A DNA stretch of 64,000 nt from Chloroflexota bacterium (GCA_027623195.1 JAQBUT010000006.1:57616-121615), one strand, 5' to 3'. Positions 30,112 through 40,617 are shown, counted from the stretch's first letter. Notes: generated by a model from the sequence alone, not told the origin. Program-made: numbers and translations.

Positions 30112-30732
30112 TCACGTACCAGGATGGGCCGCGATGGAGCCAAAGCTCTTGGACGCCACCTTGTCGCTAAAGGATAGCTCGGCGGATATATCCACCTTGT
30201 TGGCCTCGATCTCTATACCAAGGCCTTCTGCGACGCGCACCTGGTAGGCGTAAAGGGCCGTTATGTGCACGATATCGATGATGTCCTCATCGGTCCAGCC
30301 CACATCTTTGAGAACATCGACGTTGGTCTGGGTCATGCTGGACGGGCTGACCGTTAGGAACTCGGCAAACTCCAGCATCGCCTCCTGTTTGGGCGTCAGG
30401 TCGGCGTGCCGATAGTCCTCTCCCAACTGCTGTGCAATTTTCGAATCAGGGGCCTCCTTACGCAGAGCCTCTGCGTGTGAGACTGTTCAATAAACGCACT
30501 CGTTGATGCCCGATACTACGGCGGCTATCATCTGGCGTTCTGCAGGCGTCAGGCCGGACTCGGTCTGCATGACGATCCTGGAATGCGACTCGATGGACTT
30601 CATGATGTGCGGTCGCGCCGCGTTCACCGCCAGCACGTTGGGGAGCATTCCTCGTTTTTGGTATACCTGATCGTATGCGTCCCTTACCGGCCCATGGGAG
30701 TCTTCGTACCTCACGGTTTTTATGTATGCCAT
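30112..30732 (-). CDS. AhpD/carboxymuconolactone-decarboxylase-like peroxidase, probable selenoprotein (CxxU)
   Basis: ORFs 30487-30732 and 30112-30426 are in one frame joined by TGA at 30487-30489: ..VVSGINECVY-U-TVSHAEALR..; SECIS-like hairpin follows. Confidence 0.85.
30452..30486 (-). promoter_or_regulatory. Bacterial SECIS-like element
   Basis: Directly 3' of UGA: ACA-GUCUC-AC-ACGCAGA-GGC-UCUGCGU-AAG-GAGGC; two stems, G-starting apical loop 18 nt after UGA. Confidence 0.75.
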
Positions 30733-30887
30733 TATTCTCTCCGAATGGGATGGTTTTGCGTGATGATACCCGACGAGGTCTCTTTTGCCAATGCCAGCGT
30801 CCCGCCAACACGCGCCTTGAAGCGCCTGCTTGACACATATGAAAGTTATGAGAAGATACCCAACATTCTACAAGGAGGTGCGGAATA

Positions 30888-31226
30888 ATGAGCATCATTC
30901 GACTTTACACAGGCGACGACGGGGAAACTCACATCGAGGAGTTAGACCCGGAACAGCATACCGAGCTAACAGAATGGCACGACGCCAAGGTCGTTCGCTT
31001 CCGGACATCGCCAGCCGGATACTTTAGCGATTGGCACAATGCGCCTCGACGACAGTACGTAATCAACCTGTCGGGCCAGGTGGAAATTGGACTGAAAGAC
31101 GGCAGCCTGCACCAGTTCGGGCCAGGCCATGTCACACTGGCCGAAGATGTCACAGGCAACGGCCACACTACCAGGGTAATAGGTGACGCACCTCGGGTGT
31201 CGGCCACCGTCACGCTTGAAGACTAG
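30888..31226 (+). CDS. Small cupin-fold protein
   Basis: RLYTGDDGETH, WHNAPRRQYVI, LAEDVTGNGH; AGGAGG RBS. Confidence 0.85.
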   Translation: MSIIRLYTGDDGETHIEELDPEQHTELTEWHDAKVVRFRTSPAGYFSDWHNAPRRQYVINLSGQVEIGLKDGSLHQFGPGHVTLAEDVTGNGHTTRVIGDAPRVSATVTLED

Positions 31227-31278
31227 CCCGGTCACAACTCAACCGGACCAACCTCACCCAGCAAGAAGGGACTGTGAA

Positions 31279-32454
31279 ATGACGCTAAAGCTAACAGACT
31301 TCAAACCACGTGGTCGGGCAATCAGCTCCGGCAGAGCCTTGCCGGATGACCTTCCCGAACGCTTCAGGACTATGTTGGAAAATGCGGAACGCCTGATAGC
31401 CGATGATTTTAAGGGCGTCACAGAGTCCGGCTCACCAGAATCGGGTCTGTATTCTATTAAAGGCGTGGCGGCGTCTAATGCAGGCGTTACCCGGGCGGCC
31501 AGGTCGTTCCTGGCCTCGCTAAGCGACGATCAGAGGGAGAGCACCCTGTTCTCCGTAGACAGCGATGCATGGAGGCGCTGGAGCAACATCCACCCGTACC
31601 TGATGAGGCACGGGGCATTTATGGACGCGCTGGCCGAGTCGCAAAAAGACCTTGGCATGGCGCTGCTTCGGGAGAGCCTTAGCCCGCAGGGATTCAAAAC
31701 GACCCAAGATATCATGAGGCTCAACGAGTCTATACGCGAAATAACAGGGCGCGATGACGAGTACGGGGAGTGGCTGTACTGGCTGAGCATCATGGGCGAT
31801 CCGTCTGACACTCAGCCCTGGGGCTGGCAGATCGACGGCCACCACCTGATCATCAACTACTTCGTGCTGGGAAGTCAGGTTGTCGCTACGCCCGCCTTCA
31901 TGGGCTCTGAGCCTGTCGCCGTCGACACGGGCAAATATGCAGGCACGCGTGTCTTCCGGGCTGAAGAAGAAAACGGGCTCGCCCTGGGCATGTCATTCTC
32001 TCCGGACCAGCGCGCCAAGGCCACCATCGCGGAAGACCTGCCCGGCGACGTCTTTACGTCAGCGTTCCGAGATAACTTCGAGATGCGCTACGAGGGGATT
32101 CGTTACGACGAGCTATCCGGCGACCAGCAAAACCTGGTGCTGACAATCATCGAGACGTACGTTGGCAGGATGCCCGAGGCGCACGCCAAGGCAAAGATGG
32201 CCGAGGTCCGGGCGCACATGGACAAGACGTACGTCGCGTGGATCGGCGGCTTCGGGGAGGACAGCGTCTTCTATTACAGGGTCCACAGCCCCGTTATCCT
32301 GATCGAGTTCGATCATCAACGAGGCGTCGCTTTGGAAGATGATGAGCCCACCAGGAATCATATCCATACGGTGATGCGGACGCCCAACGGAAACGACTAC
32401 GGCAGGGACCTGCTGCGCCAACACATGGAACAGCACCACGGGCATGGCGCCTGA
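31279..32454 (+). CDS. DUF3500 domain protein
   Basis: WSN, PWGWQIDGHHL, TPAFMGSEP, YYRVHSPVILIEFD, HIHTVMRTPNGNDYG. Confidence 0.88.
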   Translation: MTLKLTDFKPRGRAISSGRALPDDLPERFRTMLENAERLIADDFKGVTESGSPESGLYSIKGVAASNAGVTRAARSFLASLSDDQRESTLFSVDSDAWRRWSNIHPYLMRHGAFMDALAESQKDLGMALLRESLSPQGFKTTQDIMRLNESIREITGRDDEYGEWLYWLSIMGDPSDTQPWGWQIDGHHLIINYFVLGSQVVATPAFMGSEPVAVDTGKYAGTRVFRAEEENGLALGMSFSPDQRAKATIAEDLPGDVFTSAFRDNFEMRYEGIRYDELSGDQQNLVLTIIETYVGRMPEAHAKAKMAEVRAHMDKTYVAWIGGFGEDSVFYYRVHSPVILIEFDHQRGVALEDDEPTRNHIHTVMRTPNGNDYGRDLLRQHMEQHHGHGA

Positions 32455-32519
32455 CGATTAGTGCCATCTGATCGACCTACGCCCCCCCATGCTCTAAGCC
32501 GTATATATAAAATACGAAA

Positions 32520-35500
32520 TTAAAGTTCGCCTAGGCGAAGGATGCGCTGCAGGGAAATGCGGCGAATGAACCAGATCATTCCCAGAATAATTAGGGCAAA
32601 GACCACAATCATAAAGCCGTAGGTAATGGCCAGGGTTCCCCAGTTAATCTCCAGCACAAATGGAGGCAGCACCTGGGTACCCTGGTCGTTATGACTCAGG
32701 AAGGGCATGATAATGGAGCCAAGCCTCCGGCCCATCTCCGCGCCCATGGCCATGCCTGCTGCGATCACCAGGGCCTGCTCCACCAATACCAGCGTCACCA
32801 TCTGCCTCATGGAAAAGCCTATCGTTCTCATGAGGCCGAACTGCATCTCCCTCTCCCGGAAGGAGACGTAGGCGTGTACCAGGAATCCAAGACAGCTCAG
32901 GATTAGCACCGCTCCAAACGCCATGAACAGGAGCGCACGCCAACCCGCCTGCACCAGCGGGTCTACCTTAGATTCATCCAACGCCTGAACCCGGTCATGC
33001 ACTTTGCGCACGATGAAAGGCTCGTCGGTGTCCTGTAATAAACGGACCAGTTCCTGCCTTTCGGGACCACCGGTCGTCGACATCCACAACTCGTTGGGCT
33101 TAACCTCCGCCGAAGTCGTCTCAAGGTTGGTGTATCGGATGATCGACTGCAAATCTGATATCAGGTAACTCTTGTTGATGGTATCCAGCGTCGGGAAGTA
33201 ATTAATCTCATTTACGATACTTATAGGCACTCTGTGGCCCGACACCGATACCTGGAACTCCTGGCCAACCTTGTGACCCGTCTCTTTCAGGAACGACCTG
33301 CTGGCCAACACTGGCAAAGGATTGACTTCGGGCCCGTGGTATATACCTCGTCCCGTGAGGGGCGTTCCTTCCGACCAGACGAATAATGCCGAGCCTGCAT
33401 CCCCGTTGTAGCTCACCACCGATTCTTGCAGCACGTCCGTTTTCGACTGGGTTGCGCCCCTTAGTACCGCCCACGATGTGAACTCGTCAAAGTTCTCTAT
33501 CGTCGTGACCGCTCCTGAGGCATCTCTGGACCATATCTCATCGATGGTCACCGACCCCGCGCGCAACCTGCCTCTGCTATCCGTATCGTGTATGGTCATG
33601 GAAACCAGCGTAAGGGGACGTTCGGGTTGCAAGGGGTGCTGTTGTCTACCGAATCGTGAGGCCCTTTCCAACGGCAGTTCCATGTCTTGCCACTGAGTGG
33701 TGTTCAGTGTGCCCAACACGTAAGAAAAATGGCGGTCGTTAGCGTCCCTAATGCGCAGCGTTAAGGCTACGGTGGAATGCGGCCTGTCAGAAATCACCCT
33801 GGCCCCCATGTAAAGCGCGTCATCAGGAATCGCCAGGCCCTGGGGGGGTCGAGGGTGTTCCAATGCCGCCAGCATTTCGGACATGGAATCGTCGGAAAAA
33901 TCGGACCGAAACCAGCCAATATCACTGATCACTGGCCCATCCAGCGCGATCATCGTATAGGACTCGCCGATTAGCCTGGAAAGATCGGTGCCAAAGGCAC
34001 GCAGAACCGGACTCAGCTCGTCTACTGCGGGCATACTCTTGTAGCTCTCCACCAGGGGGACGCTATCTCCAAGATTGTTAAGAATCAGTCCTTCAAGCCT
34101 GATGTCCGACCCGGTTGAATACTGGGCCTGCTCCTGAAAACTGCGTTCAAGTGTGCCGCTGAAACTTGCGGCGAAAATACCTAGCCCTGCCATCAGAATC
34201 AAAAGAAGCGACAGGCGCGCGTAGTGAGTAGGGTTGCGGGCCATCTGCCACATGCCCATGGAGTAGCCCACCGGAGCTCTGCGAGCAAAAGCGCTCACCA
34301 GCAAGAAAAGGGCGCCCAATGGAAATGGCACAAACACCCCACCACCATCCGTGGTCAGCGAAACCAGCATCACGCCTGCCGCGATGGCTGGAGTTACGTT
34401 AATCTGTCCGATAGAAAACGCCAGGAAATCCATGCTCGGCAGGTCCCAACCAACCAGCGTAAGCACAGCGACAAGCAATGTCTGTATAGCCAGACCCGCA
34501 ATGAGATAAGACTTTACCTTTGACCTCTCCGTGGCCCAGTAAAGTCCTCCCAAAACCGCAATCGCCAGTGTCCCGAATACCCACCCGAACCCCTCTCCGT
34601 ATAGTGCGCCGTTGAATGTCACAGATGCCAACTGAAGGGCCACCACGAAGCCAACCACCAGGTGCATCAGCGACGGCGAGTCGCCGCTTATGAATCGAAT
34701 GGCCAGAGGAAATAGCCTGAGTAATACCAGTGCGAAGGCCACAAGTATCACAGCAGGCACAGCCAGCAGAACCTGATTTATAGCCATCTCACCGAAAAGT
34801 CCAGTGGCTACAATGGAGCCCTGTTGCGTCAGTTGTCTGAAAAGAAAGATGCTGATCACAAGCAGCATGACATCCAGGTAGAACCGCTGGAAGAAAGGGG
34901 GAGCGTCGGGCCTTGCAGCGTCTTGCCTCTGCCGCCTAACGCTTATTCGGGACGCATATACCGCCGGTACCATTAACGCTGCGAAACTAAGAAGCCCTCC
35001 CAATGCGGCCATAAGGTATGCCCCGGTGGAGATGTTTACAGTGAGCCGTCCAACATCGCTCAGACCTGAGAAGGCCGGCGTGAAGCCCAGAAGACTAATT
35101 ACGGTTGCCGCCAGTAAAGGCGCCACTATTATGGCTACCGCCGATATGGTTGCCCCTTCCAACACAAACACGGTGAGAATTTGCGCAGACGTAGCTCCAC
35201 GACTGCGCATCAACCCAATCTCGCCCCGCTGTTGCTCCACCAGCAATGAAGACAGCGTCACGACGTAATATAGGATTACGACGGCGATGAGCACCATGAT
35301 GATGAACATGGGTAACTTGCTGAAGAAGAGGCGTCGGTCGTAGTCTGCCAGCGCATCGTCCAACTCGGTTATCTGACGAAAGCTAAACAGGTTGCTGGAT
35401 AACCTTCGCTTCATGGTGGTGATTTGCAACCGGGCAAACGTTGTATTGGACGCGTTCAGTTTTTCTGGGTCCACCTTCAGCAGCCAGATATATGACGTGT

Positions 35501-36278
35501 TCATATCTGGAAAGGCTTGCCCCAACACGTTAAAGAAGCCAGCGTCGGAAACGAAAAACGGCACGCTCCTGAAGGATCCTCCAGAGGTAGCGTTCTTTAC
35601 CAGCCTGTCGTCCATGTGCCAAAATTCAGCCTCTGGGTCGTTGCGCTCAAAGAGGCCTGTGATCATCACAGATACGTAGGGCGTTCGATCTTGCCAGTGC
35701 GGCACTGCCGAAATAACATCGCCAACGCCTACTCCAAATATCGCAGCCTCATCCGCAGGAACGATAGCCTCCACCATCAGCGTTTCCCCTATGGCGTTAA
35801 CAGCATGCGAGACCGGAAGCCGCCCGCCATCATCATTCAAAAGGGTGATGTTGTCCAAAAGACTTGGCATGAAAACGAAGTAGGTTCGGGCGTTATCTTC
35901 CCCGGCCTCTTCCTCGTTACCTGGCTCAGTGGCGAAGAACGTTGCCGTCCGAGCCGCGCGCTCCTGGCCCCGGAGTAACCAGGCGAGCCGACCTTCCACC
36001 TGCCTATCTACTACAGTGCTTACCTTCTGAAATTCCTCCACTGTCGTCGGCCCACGATCTGCCTTCACCAGTATGTCGATCTCCTCCGTGGTGAGACCGT
36101 TCAACGTGTTGTCGAGCGCCAGTTCTCGCAACGCTTCGAAGTAGACGACTGTTCCGGACATCACAGTTGAGGCCAGCAGCACGCCTACGATTACAGTAGA
36201 CAGTAATCGCCAGTGGGCCAGGCTGCGTTTCGCAATCATCGGCCAAGCTCTGATTATTTTCGTGAGAATTTCAGGCAT
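32520..36278 (-). CDS. Very large FtsX/MacB-like ABC permease
   Basis: RGEIGLMRSRGA and REMQFGLMRTIG FtsX motifs; two large soluble domains. Confidence 0.88.
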   Translation of the reverse strand: MPEILTKIIRAWPMIAKRSLAHWRLLSTVIVGVLLASTVMSGTVVYFEALRELALDNTLNGLTTEEIDILVKADRGPTTVEEFQKVSTVVDRQVEGRLAWLLRGQERAARTATFFATEPGNEEEAGEDNARTYFVFMPSLLDNITLLNDDGGRLPVSHAVNAIGETLMVEAIVPADEAAIFGVGVGDVISAVPHWQDRTPYVSVMITGLFERNDPEAEFWHMDDRLVKNATSGGSFRSVPFFVSDAGFFNVLGQAFPDMNTSYIWLLKVDPEKLNASNTTFARLQITTMKRRLSSNLFSFRQITELDDALADYDRRLFFSKLPMFIIMVLIAVVILYYVVTLSSLLVEQQRGEIGLMRSRGATSAQILTVFVLEGATISAVAIIVAPLLAATVISLLGFTPAFSGLSDVGRLTVNISTGAYLMAALGGLLSFAALMVPAVYASRISVRRQRQDAARPDAPPFFQRFYLDVMLLVISIFLFRQLTQQGSIVATGLFGEMAINQVLLAVPAVILVAFALVLLRLFPLAIRFISGDSPSLMHLVVGFVVALQLASVTFNGALYGEGFGWVFGTLAIAVLGGLYWATERSKVKSYLIAGLAIQTLLVAVLTLVGWDLPSMDFLAFSIGQINVTPAIAAGVMLVSLTTDGGGVFVPFPLGALFLLVSAFARRAPVGYSMGMWQMARNPTHYARLSLLLILMAGLGIFAASFSGTLERSFQEQAQYSTGSDIRLEGLILNNLGDSVPLVESYKSMPAVDELSPVLRAFGTDLSRLIGESYTMIALDGPVISDIGWFRSDFSDDSMSEMLAALEHPRPPQGLAIPDDALYMGARVISDRPHSTVALTLRIRDANDRHFSYVLGTLNTTQWQDMELPLERASRFGRQQHPLQPERPLTLVSMTIHDTDSRGRLRAGSVTIDEIWSRDASGAVTTIENFDEFTSWAVLRGATQSKTDVLQESVVSYNGDAGSALFVWSEGTPLTGRGIYHGPEVNPLPVLASRSFLKETGHKVGQEFQVSVSGHRVPISIVNEINYFPTLDTINKSYLISDLQSIIRYTNLETTSAEVKPNELWMSTTGGPERQELVRLLQDTDEPFIVRKVHDRVQALDESKVDPLVQAGWRALLFMAFGAVLILSCLGFLVHAYVSFREREMQFGLMRTIGFSMRQMVTLVLVEQALVIAAGMAMGAEMGRRLGSIIMPFLSHNDQGTQVLPPFVLEINWGTLAITYGFMIVVFALIILGMIWFIRRISLQRILRLGEL

Positions 36279-36348
36279 ATCAGTTAATTAAATCCCGGCT
36301 AGGCAAAAGTGCCAATCCGTAGAGGCATTCGCATCTACGCGGCTAGAA

Positions 36349-39300
36349 TCAGTTACCCTCCATTCTGGATAAAGCCTGAAGGTCGATGTGCCGCATGCTC
36401 CTGTTGAGACGATAAATTGACACCAAAAAAATACCAATCAAAGCGGAATAGATCGGCAGGAGAAAACGCAAGTCAGTCTGCAAGATAAATGGCGGCACCA
36501 CAGGCTGGCCTTCCTCCGTAACGGCCACAGAGGAGACCAACAGATCGCTCATAACCCAGCCGGTGACTGTGCCAAGGGTCACCCCAACCAGTACGATAAC
36601 CAGGTGCTCCATGGTCAGCAGTCTGGTCATCTGACTGCGAGAGAGCCCTAGAGACTGCAGGAAGCCCATCTCACTTCTGCTTCCCTCGGCGAATGCCAGG
36701 AGGTAGGTAAAGTAGCCCAGACCTGCCGTGAAAATAATTACCGCTGCCGCTAGCAAGACCATGGCCTGCCAACCTGCCGTGATGAGCGGGTCCAGCCTTA
36801 GTTGCTCCAGTTGATCTTCCCGATCTCTTACACCCTGCCTACCGGCCAGTTGGACGACGACGCTACGAACGGCATTTTCAGCTCCAGGAGCCTGGCTGAT
36901 ATACATCTCGTTAGGCGTGGCCTTCGCGTCAATGCTGAGAATGTTGATGTGCCTTAGCAGGGTGTCCATGTCGGCAACAATGAATCCGGCGCCTCGTGGA
37001 TTCAAGGTCGGGAAGTAATCTACGACGTCCCGAATTACCACGGGGACGAACCGATTCCTTATCTCCACCAAAAGGGCATCTCCAAGCCCGGCACCTGACG
37101 ATTCCATGAAAGATGAACTCGCCACTATCGGGACTGGGCCTCCACCTGGACTGCGATACATTCCACGTATGCCGTTGTCCGTATCCTTACCAAACAGGAA
37201 TGTGCCGGACCTTTCACCAAAAAGGGCGTCTTCTTCCGAAATCAGGATGGCGTCGGCAGAGATTGCCGACGTAGCCAGGGGCAGCCAGGTAGTGCGGCTA
37301 TCCTCAAAGTTCTCGACTACGACGACATCGCCCTGCGAGGTTACGATATATATATCATCGAACTGAATGGACCCCGGAGTTCCCGCAGGCCCAAACACCG
37401 GCTCGAATATCTGAACAGAAGCCAGCGTGAGTGGCGGCACCAATCGGCGTGGTATTCCAGCGCTTGCCCGGTGCCATTCAGGCTTGCCCACGGCATCCAG
37501 AGATATAGTTTCCGTGGAGCCAAAGACATCTTGCAGAACCACCCACACAAAAACATTGCTGTAGTTGAATTCCGGCTTCAGGAATAGACCTATCTCAGCG
37601 GCACCTGCCGGTATCTCCAGCGAAGTATTCACCGTAACGGGTAACAGCGATCTCATGATTTCCGGCAACGAGTGCTCTGAAAAGTCATCCCTGTACCAGC
37701 CAAAGTACTGAAATTCCTGGGCGTTGACTCCCAGCACCTCGAAAGTAAGGCCCGTGTAATTGGCTCCCAAGGTGCCGGTTTCCCGGACTCCCATGGACAC
37801 GTCCTTGACACCAGGCATCGCCGCGTAGCCTTCTTTCAGTGCATCGGTCCCACCGGATATTCGGCCTGGAATACCTGTAACCCTGAAATCGGCCGCCGTG
37901 TCGTACAGCACCCTTTCCTGATAGCTCCTGTTCAGAGTGCCGCCAACGGTTGTTGCCAGCACTCCCAGGCCAGTAATCATCACTAGGAGCAATACCAACC
38001 AGCTGTACTGAAGTGGGTTGCGGGCCATGTGCCACAACCCCATTGAAACCCAGACCGGGAAATTTCCGGAGAGTTTTCTGAGTAGCATGAAAAGGGCCTG
38101 CGCGGGCACGACTGCCATTAGGCCAATGGAAGGGGCAAGTCCTGAGGAACCCAATTGCGGCGGCTCAAGCCACATAGCCAATGAGACCAACAGGCCCTGC
38201 CCTATAAACCCGTACACCTTGGATGTAGTTCGTGACGCCTTCAGGGTTAACCAGTAAGCACCGCCAACCGTGAACACCAGGAATACCATTGATATGCCGC
38301 CAATTACATCTCCTTTGCGGAAGCCCATCACCAGGGACACGGCGACCATCGAAAGACACGCCGCCCACGTCAGAATATGCACGAGGCCCGGCGATTCGCC
38401 GCTGACGTATCGCACGAAGAGCGGGAAGAAGCGCATGAATAGCAGAGCGACCAGAGTTAGCAGCAGCACCGGCGCTAGAAGGAGGGCCTCGTTCACCTCT
38501 ACGTCCTTAAACAGTCCTCCAGAGACGAGTTGCCCTCTGGCGTTGAGCTCCCAGAAGACAAGGCCTCCCAATACGAGCAGCAGTAGATCCAGGTAGTATC
38601 GCTGGAAGGCTGGCACCAACGGGGGACGCGATGAGCGAAGCTTATGAATGATAAGCCCTGTCCTCGCGCCTATGACACCGGGCACAACGTATATGGCGAG
38701 GCTGACCATGCCGATGGCTGCCGCCACCAAAAAAGTTGACAGCTTTAACTCAACTGGGAGCATCGCTCCGCCCGTGATTTCGCTGAAGTAGGGCAACTTG
38801 CCCGACAGCGCAATAAGCGCCATTGCAAGAAACGGCGCAAGCAACACCGCCATCACCGTTAGAACTATGCCCTCTATGGCATATATCTTCACCAGTTGGG
38901 GCGTGCCAATGCCTCGACTGCGCAGCAAGGCGATATCATTTTCTCGGCTCTTCACAAGGTAAGAGATCATCATCGCCATGTAGTAGAGCACCGTAATGAC
39001 CATGATGGTCATTAGCAGCAAAAGCGGTATTGCGGAGAAGAAACTCCGCCTTTCATACCCCGTCAACAGGGCGGTGGTGCCCGTGAAAAAAGCCGAGCCT
39101 TCCAACTTGCTGGCCAAATCGCTCTCGAAATTCTCAATGCGACCTGCCAATGCCCTTGGAGGGACGGCCTTCAGGGACTCCTTGTCAATCAAAATAAACC
39201 AGGTGGAGGATACGTGAGAGCCAGGAAAGGCCGCTCCCATTCCGTTTATTAGAGCTTCCTCGGTGACGAATATCACCAGTGGAGGCTCATCCGGGTTGAC

Positions 39301-40002
39301 GACCACTCCCAGGTCCGGAGATTCCTCCAGCGGGCCAGGGTTCAGAAATATCGGCGCATTTTGCTGCCAATACTGTTCCGTCGTATCGAAAGGGCGCATC
39401 AGGCCAACGATCTTGACAGTGACCAGGGTGGGATTGCCCAGGGACGGCGTCAGCGTCACCTCGTCACCCAGTGACAGGTCGAACAGTTCTGCCGAAGAGG
39501 CGGCCACTACTGCTTCTATAATGGGACCTTGCTCACCCTGCGCAACCAGGTCGGAAGACATATGGCCTTCCGGAAAGTTTACGTGGCGCTCCACATTGGA
39601 AAGGTACTGGACGTATCCCCTAGTGACGGTATCGGATTCTTCCCCGGTCAGGGGTCTCATGGGGGTGCCCACCAGCAGAAGCGACCCTTTGACGTAACGC
39701 TCCCTGGTCGAATAGAAGTCAGAAATATTCTCTCTAATCGCCTGGTCAACCGCAGCATCCGCAGCCCTTAAATTATCATCAGCCAGGGGCAAACTCGGAG
39801 CAATGGCCAGCATGTTGATAAAGCTTTGCGGAGAGCGGCTAATGGCGGTATTCACCGTCAGACGTTCCAGCGAGTTCAGGTAAGCGGGCGCGCCAGCTAC
39901 CAGAGTAGACGCGATGAATATGCCGGAGAAGATGCTTAGGAGAAGCTTCCAGTCATCGGCGAGGCGCCTCAGGATGAAAGTTAAGAAAGAAAATGCCCGC
40001 AT
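36349..40002 (-). CDS. Very large FtsX/MacB-like ABC permease (paralog of 32520-36278)
   Basis: RENDIALLRSRG and RSEMGFLQSLG motifs; same architecture. Confidence 0.88.
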   Translation of the reverse strand: MRAFSFLTFILRRLADDWKLLLSIFSGIFIASTLVAGAPAYLNSLERLTVNTAISRSPQSFINMLAIAPSLPLADDNLRAADAAVDQAIRENISDFYSTRERYVKGSLLLVGTPMRPLTGEESDTVTRGYVQYLSNVERHVNFPEGHMSSDLVAQGEQGPIIEAVVAASSAELFDLSLGDEVTLTPSLGNPTLVTVKIVGLMRPFDTTEQYWQQNAPIFLNPGPLEESPDLGVVVNPDEPPLVIFVTEEALINGMGAAFPGSHVSSTWFILIDKESLKAVPPRALAGRIENFESDLASKLEGSAFFTGTTALLTGYERRSFFSAIPLLLLMTIMVITVLYYMAMMISYLVKSRENDIALLRSRGIGTPQLVKIYAIEGIVLTVMAVLLAPFLAMALIALSGKLPYFSEITGGAMLPVELKLSTFLVAAAIGMVSLAIYVVPGVIGARTGLIIHKLRSSRPPLVPAFQRYYLDLLLLVLGGLVFWELNARGQLVSGGLFKDVEVNEALLLAPVLLLTLVALLFMRFFPLFVRYVSGESPGLVHILTWAACLSMVAVSLVMGFRKGDVIGGISMVFLVFTVGGAYWLTLKASRTTSKVYGFIGQGLLVSLAMWLEPPQLGSSGLAPSIGLMAVVPAQALFMLLRKLSGNFPVWVSMGLWHMARNPLQYSWLVLLLVMITGLGVLATTVGGTLNRSYQERVLYDTAADFRVTGIPGRISGGTDALKEGYAAMPGVKDVSMGVRETGTLGANYTGLTFEVLGVNAQEFQYFGWYRDDFSEHSLPEIMRSLLPVTVNTSLEIPAGAAEIGLFLKPEFNYSNVFVWVVLQDVFGSTETISLDAVGKPEWHRASAGIPRRLVPPLTLASVQIFEPVFGPAGTPGSIQFDDIYIVTSQGDVVVVENFEDSRTTWLPLATSAISADAILISEEDALFGERSGTFLFGKDTDNGIRGMYRSPGGGPVPIVASSSFMESSGAGLGDALLVEIRNRFVPVVIRDVVDYFPTLNPRGAGFIVADMDTLLRHINILSIDAKATPNEMYISQAPGAENAVRSVVVQLAGRQGVRDREDQLEQLRLDPLITAGWQAMVLLAAAVIIFTAGLGYFTYLLAFAEGSRSEMGFLQSLGLSRSQMTRLLTMEHLVIVLVGVTLGTVTGWVMSDLLVSSVAVTEEGQPVVPPFILQTDLRFLLPIYSALIGIFLVSIYRLNRSMRHIDLQALSRMEGN

Positions 40003-40167
40003 TTCTTATTAAGAGGCCAAGAATAGGAGAAGGTTGTAAGACCAGATAGCTAACCCACCTATAAAGAGACCTGCAAATTGCTCTCTAAACATCATCGCAT
40101 CGGCTCGGAGTATGATGATACCTGCGTTGCGCCGAATCGATGGCTGCTCACCGAGAAGACCGCGCCA

Positions 40168-40617
40168 TCATAGCACAGTCCGCTGGATATCAAGACCACA
40201 CTTGACGGTTTCCACGTTTTCGCGGAGCAATCTTCTGAGTCCATTAACCCTTGTACGGGACGTAAGGAATACCAGATGCGTTTGGCACCGGCAATCTGAT
40301 GAGCCGAAGCCCTTGGCAGGGGCTAAAACCCCGTCGTGGTCGATGGCGATTTGCGCCCAGGCACACTCCCATCGCGCATCATCCTCAATACGCCATACTT
40401 CCGCGACAGGCGCAAGAGAGGTAAGGTAATCTATGTGCCAGCGAAGAATCTTTTCCCTGCGCCGGTGGCGCTGGATACGACCCTCCAGGCCATTCAGCGC
40501 GCTGCCAAAGTACAGGTAGTATCCACGAGGAAAGTTCAGCAGACCAAGCTTACCCACCTGGATTTCCAGGGTTCGCTCTAACCGCACGACCAGGACGTAG
40601 CTCCCCTTGGGCGTCAT
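40168..40617 (-). CDS. GIY-YIG nuclease family (DUF123) protein
   Basis: KGSYVL, GYYLYFGSA, WHIDYL, GFGSSDCRCQTHL. Confidence 0.88.
   Translation of the reverse strand: MTPKGSYVLVVRLERTLEIQVGKLGLLNFPRGYYLYFGSALNGLEGRIQRHRRREKILRWHIDYLTSLAPVAEVWRIEDDARWECAWAQIAIDHDGVLAPAKGFGSSDCRCQTHLVFLTSRTRVNGLRRLLRENVETVKCGLDIQRTVL

Noticed and set aside
40168..40617. Homing endonuclease or mobile intron
   Set aside because: DUF123-type GIY-YIG protein coupled to its upstream gene; no interrupted host gene or intron features.
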